Below, one piece after another: positions 50,895 through 60,524 of a stretch of DNA of 64,000 bases (position 1 is its first letter; each line of letters begins with the position of its first letter). Source of the DNA: Blastocatellia bacterium. Lineage in GTDB: Bacteria; Acidobacteriota; Blastocatellia; UBA7656. The position numbers were made by a program, and so were the translations under genes. The stretch is taken from positions 416,001-480,000 of the forward strand of contig CAVXWP010000008.1 in assembly GCA_963765495.1 (NCBI GenBank), in the 5' to 3' direction. The notes under the pieces were generated by a model. The model made no database searches. It saw nothing but the letters and a program-made list of their open reading frames with translations, and was not told where the DNA came from.

Positions 50895-52013
50895 TCACCG
50901 GGGAGCATTCTCGCAAAAAGGCAGCTTTATTATAGTTGCAGATAAAGAACCTTCTTCAGTTTTGACTTCAACTGTTGTCCCTATATCGAAGAAGCCATAT
51001 TTAATATATCCCAGGGCAATTACCGATCCCAAAGAGGGAGAATTTATGGCGCTTGTTAAATAACCTATTTCCTTCTCATTCTTAATAATCCTACTCCCGG
51101 ACGGAGGGACAGTCATTTCAGAAATCGCAAGCCCCGAAAGTTTTTTACTAACATGTCCGCGGTACGTAGCCATTGCGACCGCCTCTTGGCCTGTATAACA
51201 TCCTTTGGTATAGCTAATTGCATCGGTAAGCCCCGTCTCAAGCATCATATTGGTTTCATCCACATCTACACCGTATACAGGTATCCCGGCTTCTATCCTC
51301 AAGGCATCCAGGGCTTGCAAACCAACAGGTGAAATCTGATGAAAGCCTCCTTTAAGCATCACAAAATCCCATACATCTTCAAGGCCAGATTGCTCCACCA
51401 GAATATCAAACCCAGTTTCACACGAACGCGAAGCACGTACAACCAGTACCTTCCTTCCCGCAATTATGGTTTCGATCCAATCGAATTCATTCATTTGTGG
51501 GAGAGGCTCAAAACATATTTCCTTCATAACCAGGAGTGCTTTTTGCCCCAGGACCGAGACGATTCGGTATCGATCAGAGACATCTTGAACATTGAAATCT
51601 CCTGCATATGAAAAAGGCGTGATATATCGAAGTATCTTTTCGTGCGTTTGAGGATCATTAATGAGGAGGAACTCTTTATTGCCCAACCCAAGGATTCGGC
51701 TAATCGCCCTTACCTTACCGTGGCCTGTGAGAAACCCTGCCCGCACTCCCTTTCCCTTTTCGAGCGTTTTCACATCATTTGTAACGAGTCCATTGAGAAA
51801 TTGAATACTTTCTTTTCCGCCTATTCGAACCGCGCCATAATAGGAAAGGTCGGCCAGACCAACATTAGATCGCGTGTTATTGTATTCCTGGATCCACTGA
51901 GAGTATCTATCAGCCATAAGCCATCCGGCGTATTCCTTAAATGTTGCGCCAAGGGCTCTCTCGGCATCGTGCAAGGGAGTTTCTAAAGGGTTTACAGGTT
52001 GCTGCTCACTCAT
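50895..52013 (-). CDS. YgfZ/GcvT-like folate-binding aminomethyltransferase family protein
   Basis: LRIEAG, KGCYTGQE motif, GcvT-type N-terminus. Confidence 0.88.
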   Translation of the reverse strand: MSEQQPVNPLETPLHDAERALGATFKEYAGWLMADRYSQWIQEYNNTRSNVGLADLSYYGAVRIGGKESIQFLNGLVTNDVKTLEKGKGVRAGFLTGHGKVRAISRILGLGNKEFLLINDPQTHEKILRYITPFSYAGDFNVQDVSDRYRIVSVLGQKALLVMKEICFEPLPQMNEFDWIETIIAGRKVLVVRASRSCETGFDILVEQSGLEDVWDFVMLKGGFHQISPVGLQALDALRIEAGIPVYGVDVDETNMMLETGLTDAISYTKGCYTGQEAVAMATYRGHVSKKLSGLAISEMTVPPSGSRIIKNEKEIGYLTSAINSPSLGSVIALGYIKYGFFDIGTTVEVKTEEGSLSATIIKLPFCENAPR

Positions 52014-52304
52014 CTATCAACGCTCCAAACTATTCCAGACAATTGGGAAAAGGGTTCGAATTTACAGTAGGTTAAACTGTCAGATCGGTTCTCCTTTAGA
52101 CCGAGGATTAAGTGTCGGGCCGCCGACACTTAAAGTAAATACTGACCGAAGTATACCAGTTTGCGCAGAAGAAAGAGTTCATCAGATCTCGAAGGTTGGC
52201 GAAAAAAGCATTTTGCCGGTAGATGTTAAACCCCGAAATGAGCCTGTTTATTCAAGATCGCAAGATTTATAAAACCGGCATCGCATGCTCTATTTTGCAA
52301 ATAG

Positions 52305-52338
52305 CAATCCGGCGCCATAAATTTATGGCGCCGGATTG
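52305..52338. terminator. Perfect 34-bp palindrome downstream of bcp
   Basis: CAATCCGGCGCCATAAA/TTTATGGCGCCGGATTG. Confidence 0.6.
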
Positions 52339-52374
52339 TCATAGAAAATGGGCACCAATATTATCGCCGGACAA

Positions 52375-52920
52375 TCATTTTTTCTGCAGTTCGTCCAGGG
52401 CGGCAAGTACTTCCTCACTATGGTTCACAGGTTTAACATTAAGAAATATTTTTGCCACCTTCCCTTTCGGGTCAATGATAAAAGTATTGCGAGCCGACAA
52501 TTTCTTGCCGCTATATTCCATCACAGAGCCATATTGTTCGGAGACTGTTGCCTGAGTATCAGCCAGCAGTTTGAAGTTCAGTCCTTCCTTCTCGCAGAAT
52601 CCCTTGTGGGAATCAACATCATCCACACTAACACCGAGAATGACGGCGTTCGCCTTTGCATAGCTCTCTATGTCTCTCTGGAAATTGTGGGCTTCAATCG
52701 TGCAACCCTGGGTGAAATCTTTAGGGTAGAAATAGAGTACCACCCATTTACCATGATAATCCTTAAGGCTTACACTCTTCCCTTCATTATTCATCAGGGA
52801 AAAATCGGGAGCCGGTTTTCCAATCTCAGGCGGGCCGCCACTTGCGCGAATTACAGATGGCAAGGAAATCAAAGCACAAAAGATCATCATCACCGCTAAA
52901 CTCAGATTTCTCACGGTCAT
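52375..52920 (-). CDS. bcp: BCP-type peroxiredoxin with signal peptide
   Basis: YFYPKDFTQGCTIEA, GVSVD, RNTFIID. Confidence 0.9.
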   Translation of the reverse strand: MTVRNLSLAVMMIFCALISLPSVIRASGGPPEIGKPAPDFSLMNNEGKSVSLKDYHGKWVVLYFYPKDFTQGCTIEAHNFQRDIESYAKANAVILGVSVDDVDSHKGFCEKEGLNFKLLADTQATVSEQYGSVMEYSGKKLSARNTFIIDPKGKVAKIFLNVKPVNHSEEVLAALDELQKK

Positions 52921-53065
52921 TACCTCCAGACTTTCAATTTCGGTTAGCTAAAACAGCCCTCAAATATCACCGAATCCGTCACTACGCCAGTTTGCAGCCT
53001 TGAGCCAAATTAATCCCCGGATGATAAAATCATTTAAGACCAGGAAATAGCCTCCGAGGGAGGCC

Positions 53066-53101
53066 GCTCGTGGGCGCTCTGTCTTTAGCTCGCCCACGAG
53101 C
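53066..53101. terminator. Hairpin after the IscA-type gene
   Basis: GCTCGTGGGCG-N14-CGCCCACGAGC. Confidence 0.5.
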
Positions 53102-53148
53102 AAGCAAGTCTCGATTACTCTGCCGCAAGAAACCATGTATGATGCAAA

Positions 53149-53496
53149 CTAGACGGTAAACGAACTGCCGCAACCACAACTTCCTGTCGCATTGGGATTG
53201 CTAAAGGTAAACCCGGATCCCATTACGGAATTGACATAATCCACCTGAACCCCATCCAGGTATTGGCGGGAGAACATATCGACAAAAACTCGAAGTCCTG
53301 CCTGATCGATGATCTCATCACCTTGACGAGGGCCATCCTCGATCTGCATCGAGTAAGAAAACCCACTACATCCGCCTGGAACCACTCTAATCCTCAGGCC
53401 AGCTTCCGGACCGGCATCTTCTGCCTCAATAAATTTTCTGACTTCGGTCACGGCCGTATCCGTCAACGAAAGATTTACTGTTGTTGTCGTGCTCAT
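53149..53496 (-). CDS. A-type Fe-S carrier (IscA/ErpA/HesB)
   Basis: GGCSGFSY, NPNATGSCGCGSSF. Confidence 0.95.
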   Translation of the reverse strand: MSTTTTVNLSLTDTAVTEVRKFIEAEDAGPEAGLRIRVVPGGCSGFSYSMQIEDGPRQGDEIIDQAGLRVFVDMFSRQYLDGVQVDYVNSVMGSGFTFSNPNATGSCGCGSSFTV

Positions 53497-53534
53497 CTGT
53501 GCTTCCTCTCCTTAAAAGAATTTCAGAAATCAAT

Positions 53535-53801
53535 TCAAGGCATTTCGCCCTTTCCCATTTCTTCAGCGATCAATTTTCCGAACCCTGGTATACTCTCGCG
53601 CAATACGCGCTCGATGCCAAGAATCAAGGTTAACCGAGATGTTGGCCATCGCTCAAATCCACCACGTAAAACAATTCTTGCATCATCCCCATCAATTGAA
53701 TTCAACTCAACGCCGCCGCCGTTGGCTTCAAGTGAGGGGCGAATGCTTTGCAGTACTCCTTCAACCTGTTCAAGGGTAAGATTCGAATTTTCAAACATCA
53801 T
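53535..53801 (-). CDS. NifU/Nfu C-terminal-like domain protein lacking CxxC
   Basis: IRPSLEANGGGVEL...LRGGFERWPTSRLTLILGIER follows the NifU pattern without cysteines. Confidence 0.75.
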   Translation of the reverse strand: MMFENSNLTLEQVEGVLQSIRPSLEANGGGVELNSIDGDDARIVLRGGFERWPTSRLTLILGIERVLRESIPGFGKLIAEEMGKGEMP

Positions 53802-53877
53802 TTTATTCCATACGATGCCGGAATACGGATTATAATCGCTGTATAGTCGAGTTTCAACTACAGGGACTTCCTGTAGC

Positions 53878-54960
53878 TTAAATGCCCATATTTATCACAG
53901 GCAGGCTTCCCCCTTTCATTGCAGCAATGCTGACTTGTGCGGCAACATTATCTGCGATCTCCATCATGGCAATTGCCTGCGGGCTCTCCGGTTCTCCGAT
54001 GACAATCGGGACCCCCCGGTCACCAGCTTCACGAACATTTGTCGATAGCGGTATCTGTCCGAGTAAATTTGTCTTAAATCTGTCTGCCAGCTCCTTGCCG
54101 CCTCCTGATCCGAAAATATCGTGATGAGCAGAGCAATTACCACAGACAAAATAGCTCATGTTTTCGACTATACCGAGGACAGGTATATGAACCTGCTCAA
54201 ACATATTAAAGGCCTTGCGCACATCGGCCATGGCTACTTCCTGTGGAGTTGTGACCAAAACCGCACCCTGTACGGGTGCAAGTTGCGCAAGACTCAATTG
54301 AGCATCACCTGTGCCGGGTGGCATATCAATTATAAGGTAATCAAGCTCTCCCCACTCAACGTCATAGAGAAACTGTCGGACAGCGCTATGCAACATGGGG
54401 CCGCGCCAGACAACCGGACGATCTCCAGGATTTAAAAAACCAAGCGACATTACTTTGACTGAATACGCTTCGAGGGGAATCAGCCGCTGCCCCTTCACTC
54501 CGGGCTCCTTGTTAACACCTATCATGATCGGCACATTGGGGCCATAGACATCCGTATCCAATAATCCGACACTGGCTCCGCGCTTTGCGAGCCCCACTGC
54601 CAGATTGACTGCAACAGTAGACTTCCCTACCCCTCCTTTTCCCGAACTTACAGCTACAATGTTTCTCACACCCGGGACAGATTGCTTATCCCCCATGCCT
54701 CGACCTTTGGGGACTTCCGCTTCCATCTTTATTTCAACCGTTTCGATCCCTTGAAGGCTCAAAAGGGCTTCTCTTGCGGCTTCTTCCAATTTTTCCTTAA
54801 CCGGACAGGCTGGCGTTGTCAGAACAAGTCTGAATTTAACCTTTGAACCCTCTATCTCAAGATCACGGACGAAATTCAGAGTGACTATGTCCCGATGCAG
54901 ATCCGGGTCTTTTACTGTACTCAACGCTTTCAGTACATTCTCTTTATTGATTTCAGCCAT
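53878..54960 (-). CDS. mrp: Mrp/ApbC Fe-S carrier ATPase with N-terminal DUF59
   Basis: DPDL, LTTPACP, SGKGGVGKST, VWRGPM, DMPPGTGD, ENMS, CGNC. Confidence 0.94.
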   Translation of the reverse strand: MAEINKENVLKALSTVKDPDLHRDIVTLNFVRDLEIEGSKVKFRLVLTTPACPVKEKLEEAAREALLSLQGIETVEIKMEAEVPKGRGMGDKQSVPGVRNIVAVSSGKGGVGKSTVAVNLAVGLAKRGASVGLLDTDVYGPNVPIMIGVNKEPGVKGQRLIPLEAYSVKVMSLGFLNPGDRPVVWRGPMLHSAVRQFLYDVEWGELDYLIIDMPPGTGDAQLSLAQLAPVQGAVLVTTPQEVAMADVRKAFNMFEQVHIPVLGIVENMSYFVCGNCSAHHDIFGSGGGKELADRFKTNLLGQIPLSTNVREAGDRGVPIVIGEPESPQAIAMMEIADNVAAQVSIAAMKGGSLPVINMGI

Positions 54961-55648
54961 CAATTGGCCTCCTCGCCTTTCCCTTTTTAGTCTCAAGTAG
55001 ATTCTTAACCTCTGGCTTAGAGGATGGGCGGCAAATCATATAATCGCAACTTTGCGCCCCACCTGCGATACGACATTTACGCGATACTTCGGTCCTTAAG
55101 ACCTCACGATAGACTCTTAATTCCTCTGCGCAAACCTGATCATAATTTGTGGCAACCGCTTCCATTGGGCAATTACATTGTCTTAATAAATATGAATCAT
55201 TCTGAAGTCTTACAAGGGTTACATCATAACCACGATCATTCATTATCAGACTGATTTTCTTCACCTGACTATCGAAGTCTTGCTCTTCAATTTCTGTTAA
55301 TAAAAAGCTTGCCAGCTCGTCCGCATGTTTACAAAATACTTTAGATACTCCAGATTCGCCAAACAGGGTTTTAACCTGTTTGAGTATGCCAAGAGCGAGA
55401 CGATTGTAGCTTTTGGGGAATATAATATCGGCCTTTTCGGTCAAATGATAAACGTGGCCAGGGCGTCCTCTTTCCTTTTGCTGTTTCTCAAAATCAACCA
55501 GACCATCTTTCTGCAGCAAGTCCAGATGGCGACGGATGCTAACTTTACTTACCCCCACAAATGACGCCAATTCTCCTACAGTCAACCGTCTCCCTTTCTT
55601 CAGGTGCTTAAGTATTTCGCTCCGAGTCTCTTTAAGTATGTTTGTCAT
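54953..55648 (-). CDS. SufR-like transcriptional regulator (HTH plus Cys-containing C-terminus)
   Basis: IRRHLDLLQKDGLV, RGRP, FPKSY, CNCP...C...C...C. Heads the Fe-S operon. Confidence 0.8.
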   Translation of the reverse strand: MTNILKETRSEILKHLKKGRRLTVGELASFVGVSKVSIRRHLDLLQKDGLVDFEKQQKERGRPGHVYHLTEKADIIFPKSYNRLALGILKQVKTLFGESGVSKVFCKHADELASFLLTEIEEQDFDSQVKKISLIMNDRGYDVTLVRLQNDSYLLRQCNCPMEAVATNYDQVCAEELRVYREVLRTEVSRKCRIAGGAQSCDYMICRPSSKPEVKNLLETKKGKARRPIDG

Positions 55649-55688
55649 CGAGGCTAACACCCTTCCATGCTAGACAGCCCTTCAAACA

Positions 55689-55712
55689 TTTGTCAACATT
55701 TTGGTTATCAAA
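55689..55712. promoter_or_regulatory. Candidate SufR operator
   Basis: Imperfect palindrome TTTGTCAAC-ATTTTG-GTTATCAAA resembles CAAC-N6-GTTG. Lies between the divergent genes. Confidence 0.45.
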
Positions 55713-55776
55713 TTAGTAAAAGATGTTTGTACGTTGATTGGGAACCGATCTTAGAATTAGATATAATCGGTGACCG

Positions 55777-56604
55777 ATGAGAGTCTTCACCCATAAAGGA
55801 AATCCCCTAACGGCCGAGGAATGGGAACACCTTCTCAAAACGGTAAGGGCGGTTGGTAATTCGACTGTTTCTCGAAAGTTTATTGATGCGACTGATCCAT
55901 TTGGGGCTGGGTTCCAGACTGTCCCGCCCTTTGAACAATTGGGTATCACCGAAGGGTACAAAAGACCGCAATATGTCAAAGCTGGCCCGATAACGCGAGA
56001 ACGAGCGAAAAGCGATATTATTCCCCTAATTACAAAAGATTTTGTCGTTCATTGGCGTGATCTGGAAGAATCCAGACTCACTGGACAAGTCATGCCGATG
56101 GCAAAAGCAGGGGCGGCCGCATCAAGTTGCGCTGGGAGCGAAGACAAACTTGTGTTCTTTGGACACTCACCTCTGGGCTACAAGGGGATTATGACGATCG
56201 AGGGTAGAAATATCTGCACGGGGTTAAAATGGGGGAAGCCTGGTTATGCCTTTGAAAATTTTAAGGCGATTACAGGGTTGCTAACGGCAAAAGGTTTCAC
56301 CGGACCTTTTGCGGCTGTTGTTCCCCCCCTGATCTATTCCGAAATGCACAGAGTTCTAAAGGGCTCTTCTTTATTAGAAATATCTCATGTAAGGGCCCTG
56401 CTAACAGGAGGGGTGTTTCGATCTTCTTTGCTTGCGCCCCGGTCGGGGTTCGTAGTATCCAGGGGGAGACACAATTTGGAACTACTTGTATCGATGGATA
56501 CCGCTGCCGCATTTCTTGGGGCCAGGAAAATGAATCTTCCATTCAGAGTCTTCAAGGCCATTTACCTGAGTATATATAACAGTAAGGCAATCTGCACATT
56601 TTGA
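55777..56604 (+). CDS. Family 1 encapsulin shell protein (Linocin_M18-like), divergent
   Basis: PLTAEEW, RKFID..DPFGAG, IPLITKDFVVHWRDLE, AAA...EDKLVFFG, GFTGPF, LEISHV. 275 aa. Confidence 0.82.
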   Translation: MRVFTHKGNPLTAEEWEHLLKTVRAVGNSTVSRKFIDATDPFGAGFQTVPPFEQLGITEGYKRPQYVKAGPITRERAKSDIIPLITKDFVVHWRDLEESRLTGQVMPMAKAGAAASSCAGSEDKLVFFGHSPLGYKGIMTIEGRNICTGLKWGKPGYAFENFKAITGLLTAKGFTGPFAAVVPPLIYSEMHRVLKGSSLLEISHVRALLTGGVFRSSLLAPRSGFVVSRGRHNLELLVSMDTAAAFLGARKMNLPFRVFKAIYLSIYNSKAICTF

Positions 56605-56680
56605 CCTGTATTTGCAGTGCAACGCATATTCTGAGAGACAAGGCATCTTTAGAATGATTTGTAATTGTTGGGAGTAAAAG

Positions 56681-56971
56681 ATGGAGTCCGAATCAGCTAA
56701 GAATGAGTCATATCTTGAGAAGGTTACAAATGAATTAGCCAGATACGAGCATCCTCTGTTCCAATGGCACGCCATATTGAATAATAGAGGGGTAGAAGTG
56801 ATTGTCGAATTGAAGTATTCGGGTATCCACGATGATCCCTACAGGTTCACACTGACACCCAGGGAGATTAATGACCGGGCCTTTGAATGGGATTTTCAAC
56901 GCCAGATTTACAACTATTTGCACGATTATCTAGTTGAGATGTTCACCCGAAGCCCACACATTAGGGATTAG
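56681..56971 (+). CDS. Hypothetical protein, 96 aa
   Basis: GGAG RBS. Aromatic- and His-rich ORF after the encapsulin. Confidence 0.7.
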   Translation: MESESAKNESYLEKVTNELARYEHPLFQWHAILNNRGVEVIVELKYSGIHDDPYRFTLTPREINDRAFEWDFQRQIYNYLHDYLVEMFTRSPHIRD

Positions 56972-56976
56972 GGCCA

Positions 56977-57906
56977 TCAGGCTCTTGGATGAAATTTCTT
57001 ATAAATTTCCCGAAGTCTTTCATTTGTAATGTGAGTATAAATCTGGGTAGTGCTTAAATCACTATGTCCCAGCATCATCTGGACGGACCGTAGATCAGCA
57101 CCATTTTCCAAAAGATGAGTTGCAAAACTATGGCGGAGCAGATGAGGGGTAATGTGTCCAATCCGTGCAATATTGCCATAATCAACAATCAACTTCCAGA
57201 AAGCCCCTCGAGTGACCCCCTTGCCGCGTTCATTTATAAAAAGCAGAGAGTTCGATCTCCCCTTCAGAATCCTCGGCCTTATTGATAAATACTTTCTAGT
57301 CCAATTTATCGCGCTTGATCCCATTGGAACTCGCCGTTCCTTGCTGCCCTTCCCTAGGGTTACAAGAAACCCCATATCCAGGTTCAAGTCTGTCAATTTG
57401 AGTGATACGAGTTCTGACACTCTGACTCCGGTGGCATACAAGATTTCCAACATGGCCTTATCTCTTAGACCGAGGTCCGAACCCGTGTCAGGAGTATCAA
57501 GTAATTTGTCCACCTCTTCGGGCAACAGAAATTTTGGCAAAGACTGCCAGGACCGAGGCGTCTCAAGATTAGCCGTAGGGTCTCGTTTAATGATGCCGTC
57601 AAGGATGAGGAATTTGTAGAGGTTGCGAACCGTCACAAGCGTCCTGGCTATACTCCGGGGCTCCAACCCGGATTCATTCAATCGCTTTATGAATAGCAGT
57701 AAATCCTCCCGCTCAAGAGATTGCAGATCTTTCCTGGAGCCTTCAGCAAACCGTACAAGTTTCTCCAAATCATTACGGTATGCCAGGATTGTATTTTGTG
57801 AGAGACCTTTTTCAACCTGTAAATAACTGATAAAACTTGAAACAATATCTCGTGGCAAAATAATATTACCTCCTTCGGGTTGACTCTTTAACTTACTATT
57901 TGACAT
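56977..57906 (-). CDS. xerD: Site-specific tyrosine recombinase XerD
   Basis: LYATGVRVSEL, GKGSKER, HLLRHSFATHLLENGADLRSVQMMLGH, TTQIYTH. Confidence 0.93.
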   Translation of the reverse strand: MSNSKLKSQPEGGNIILPRDIVSSFISYLQVEKGLSQNTILAYRNDLEKLVRFAEGSRKDLQSLEREDLLLFIKRLNESGLEPRSIARTLVTVRNLYKFLILDGIIKRDPTANLETPRSWQSLPKFLLPEEVDKLLDTPDTGSDLGLRDKAMLEILYATGVRVSELVSLKLTDLNLDMGFLVTLGKGSKERRVPMGSSAINWTRKYLSIRPRILKGRSNSLLFINERGKGVTRGAFWKLIVDYGNIARIGHITPHLLRHSFATHLLENGADLRSVQMMLGHSDLSTTQIYTHITNERLREIYKKFHPRA

Positions 57907-58075
57907 ATTTTATACGACTTACGGAGGAATTTGAATTTATTCGATCAGAGGAGTTTAGACAACGATAAGTTTTTAAATATTTTCCGTCAGTAAGCCCTCT
58001 TTTTTTAAGGAACATAATAAAATACTTAAGGGAACTTATATGAAATATTTTACTTTAAGATAATGAGGCTAATCA

Positions 58076-59128
58076 ATGGAATTAATGGAGATTGCTGAAC
58101 GACTTTCCTGTACACTTGAAGGAGATGGAAAAGTCATTATAAGCGGATTGGCGACACTAGAAGATGCGCTGCCCGGTGATTTGAGTTTTCTAACAAATCC
58201 TAAATATCTACCCCGTGTAAAATTTACGAAGGCTTCTGCTATTATAGCAGGCCCGGATTGCCCCCCTATAGACATGCCGATACTTAGGAATGCAAACTCT
58301 TATCTAACATTCGCGAAGGCGATCGAACTATTTTATTCTCGCCCGCCAAGAAAGCCATATATTCACCCAACAGCATGGATTTCCGAATCCGCAGTCTTGG
58401 GCGACGATGTTTCTATTAAAGCATTCGCTTATATAGGAGATGGCGTCATACTTGGAAACAGGTCTTCAATTGGGGAAAACACTACCATCCTTGAAGGTGC
58501 TGAAATTGGAGAGGATACGCTGATCCATTCAGGGGTCGTTGTCCGTGAAAATGTTTTTATTGGAAAGCGATGCATAATTCAAGACAATGCAGTGATAGGC
58601 TCGGACGGGTTCGGATTTGCGAAACAGGATGATGGTACCTGGTATAAAATTCCCCAGGTGGGAAAAGTTGTCATCGGGGATGATGTTGAGATAGGAGCCT
58701 GCTCAACAATAGACCGTGCTGCACTTGGAAAGACAAGTATCTTGAACGGAACAAAGATAGATAATCTTGTCCACATTGGACACGGCTCGCAAATAGGCAA
58801 CCACTCACTTCTCTGCGCCCAGGTAGGACTGGCTGGCTCCACAAAGGTGGGGAACAAAGTAATCCTTGCGGGTCAGGTGGGCGCGGCCGGACACTTGACC
58901 ATAGGAGATGGAGTGATGGCTGTGGCTCAATCTGGAATCCCAAGTTCCGTAGATGCTGGTAAAGTTATTTCCGGGTCGCCAGCTATTGATCAGAGATTAT
59001 GGTTAAAGACATCCGCACTCTTTCCCAGACTGCCGGAATTACATAAGGCTGTTCGTCGTCTTGAAAAAAAAGTAGACAGTTTAGAACGCACATTTAATGT
59101 TAGACTTGAGGGAAATACCGAATTTTAG
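58076..59128 (+). CDS. lpxD: UDP-3-O-acylglucosamine N-acyltransferase
   Basis: Hexapeptide repeats, [23 protein letters not shown]. Confidence 0.96.
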   Translation: MELMEIAERLSCTLEGDGKVIISGLATLEDALPGDLSFLTNPKYLPRVKFTKASAIIAGPDCPPIDMPILRNANSYLTFAKAIELFYSRPPRKPYIHPTAWISESAVLGDDVSIKAFAYIGDGVILGNRSSIGENTTILEGAEIGEDTLIHSGVVVRENVFIGKRCIIQDNAVIGSDGFGFAKQDDGTWYKIPQVGKVVIGDDVEIGACSTIDRAALGKTSILNGTKIDNLVHIGHGSQIGNHSLLCAQVGLAGSTKVGNKVILAGQVGAAGHLTIGDGVMAVAQSGIPSSVDAGKVISGSPAIDQRLWLKTSALFPRLPELHKAVRRLEKKVDSLERTFNVRLEGNTEF

Positions 59129-59154
59129 TAATTGAAAGAGGATTGCTCGCACAT

Positions 59155-59700
59155 ATGAATGTAAAAATCGAAGCCCAAACCTCCCTGGACACGAAGAAAC
59201 TCCAGGATATCGTGGAGAAAACACTTGAAGTCGTCCCGGTTGAGCATCTCAGAGGATTTGCCAAGATCGTTTTCGTAAATGAGGTAACAGAGCCCCGTAT
59301 TTCTGCAGCGCAAAGGTCTACCCTGCCTGCTCTTTATCATCCGAAAATGGGAGGACTGATGGCATGGGCCGAGGTTGCCTTATCCGTTATTCGCCCAAAG
59401 AAACGATTTCCGCAGAATATAATGACCCGTCTCGCACTGAAGTCAAATATCGCTCAAGTAATCCTTTCACTTGTTGCTCAGCACTATTACCTGACACTCT
59501 CAAAGGGCCGCAAGAAGAATCAATTGGAACTTGCCTGCAGACAGTATGTGGAAAAATACTTTGAACTTTGGAGAGAAAAAGAGGGCGGATTGAGAGTCAA
59601 GCTGATGAAGCCCTTTAAACCATATCTCGATAAGCTGGCGAAAAATCTCGCGAAGAAATATCAGCAAGAGATGAAGAAAAAGAGTCTTCAACAGAAATAG
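59155..59700 (+). CDS. Basic hypothetical protein
   Basis: Long ORF with GAGG RBS after lpxD. Confidence 0.7.
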   Translation: MNVKIEAQTSLDTKKLQDIVEKTLEVVPVEHLRGFAKIVFVNEVTEPRISAAQRSTLPALYHPKMGGLMAWAEVALSVIRPKKRFPQNIMTRLALKSNIAQVILSLVAQHYYLTLSKGRKKNQLELACRQYVEKYFELWREKEGGLRVKLMKPFKPYLDKLAKNLAKKYQQEMKKKSLQQK

Positions 59701-59702
59701 AG

Positions 59703-60524
59703 TTACTGCTTCTCCTCAAATCGTTCAATCGTCTCATGCATTGCATTTATTATCTCTTCGTGGGCAACATTTGATTTGCGAAACTTTATCAGAACAGTGA
59801 ACGATTTATCCGAAGCGATGTGTTTATACTCGAAATTGCGTGCCTTTCTAGTCTTCCCTTGCCTGACCCGGCGCGCCTCATCTCTTGTCAGCCCCGATTC
59901 TCTGATCGTTTCGACAAATCGGCGCATATCTTCAACTGAGGGCTGTCTAACCACTTGTAATAACAGTGATTTAGACCCTATGTCGGCGCGCCGACATAGC
60001 TCTCTCACATCCTCGGGGATAGAAGCAAGTGATAGTGATTCAGTGACGGAGGTCCTTGATTTCCCCACTTTTTTAGAAATTTCTTCGTGAGTATATCCAA
60101 AACGCTCCGCAAGCGCCTGTAGGCCATCAGCCTCTTCGAATGCGGTTAAATCCTTACGCTGGAGATTTTCTATAAGTGAGATTTCAGCGACAGCCCTATC
60201 ATCGACATCCATTTCTATGCATGGAAGTTCGATCAGCCCGACTTCCATGCTGGCTCGAAAGCGTCTTTCCCCGCTTATAATCATGAACCGCCCTACATCG
60301 CTAGGTCGGACAAGAAGCGGTTCGAGGACTCCTTTCTCTCTGATGGAAGAGACCAAATCGGTGAGGTCTCCTATCTCAACTCGTGGCTGGTTAGGGTTTG
60401 GAACCAGCTTATCGATGGGGATCATCCGTCCCACTGGAGCGCCTGCGCTCCTATTTGTTAATTGCTCGACGTAATGGGCGTCGTGGCGCAGCTTGAAATT
60501 TCCGGGCAAACCTCGCTTAGACAC
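59703..60524 (-). CDS. parB: ParB/Spo0J family partition protein
   Basis: [24 protein letters not shown]. Confidence 0.92.
   Translation of the reverse strand: MSKRGLPGNFKLRHDAHYVEQLTNRSAGAPVGRMIPIDKLVPNPNQPRVEIGDLTDLVSSIREKGVLEPLLVRPSDVGRFMIISGERRFRASMEVGLIELPCIEMDVDDRAVAEISLIENLQRKDLTAFEEADGLQALAERFGYTHEEISKKVGKSRTSVTESLSLASIPEDVRELCRRADIGSKSLLLQVVRQPSVEDMRRFVETIRESGLTRDEARRVRQGKTRKARNFEYKHIASDKSFTVLIKFRKSNVAHEEIINAMHETIERFEEKQ

Noticed and set aside
52050-52065. GGTTCGAAT T-loop-like motif
   Set aside because: No cloverleaf or acceptor stem, so not a tRNA.
56977-57906. Tyrosine recombinase as a phage or island integrase
   Set aside because: The sequence is canonical XerD among core genes, with no att site or tRNA.
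57907-58075. AT-rich stretch next to xerD as a possible dif site
   Set aside because: No XerC/XerD arm consensus. Explained as a divergent promoter region.
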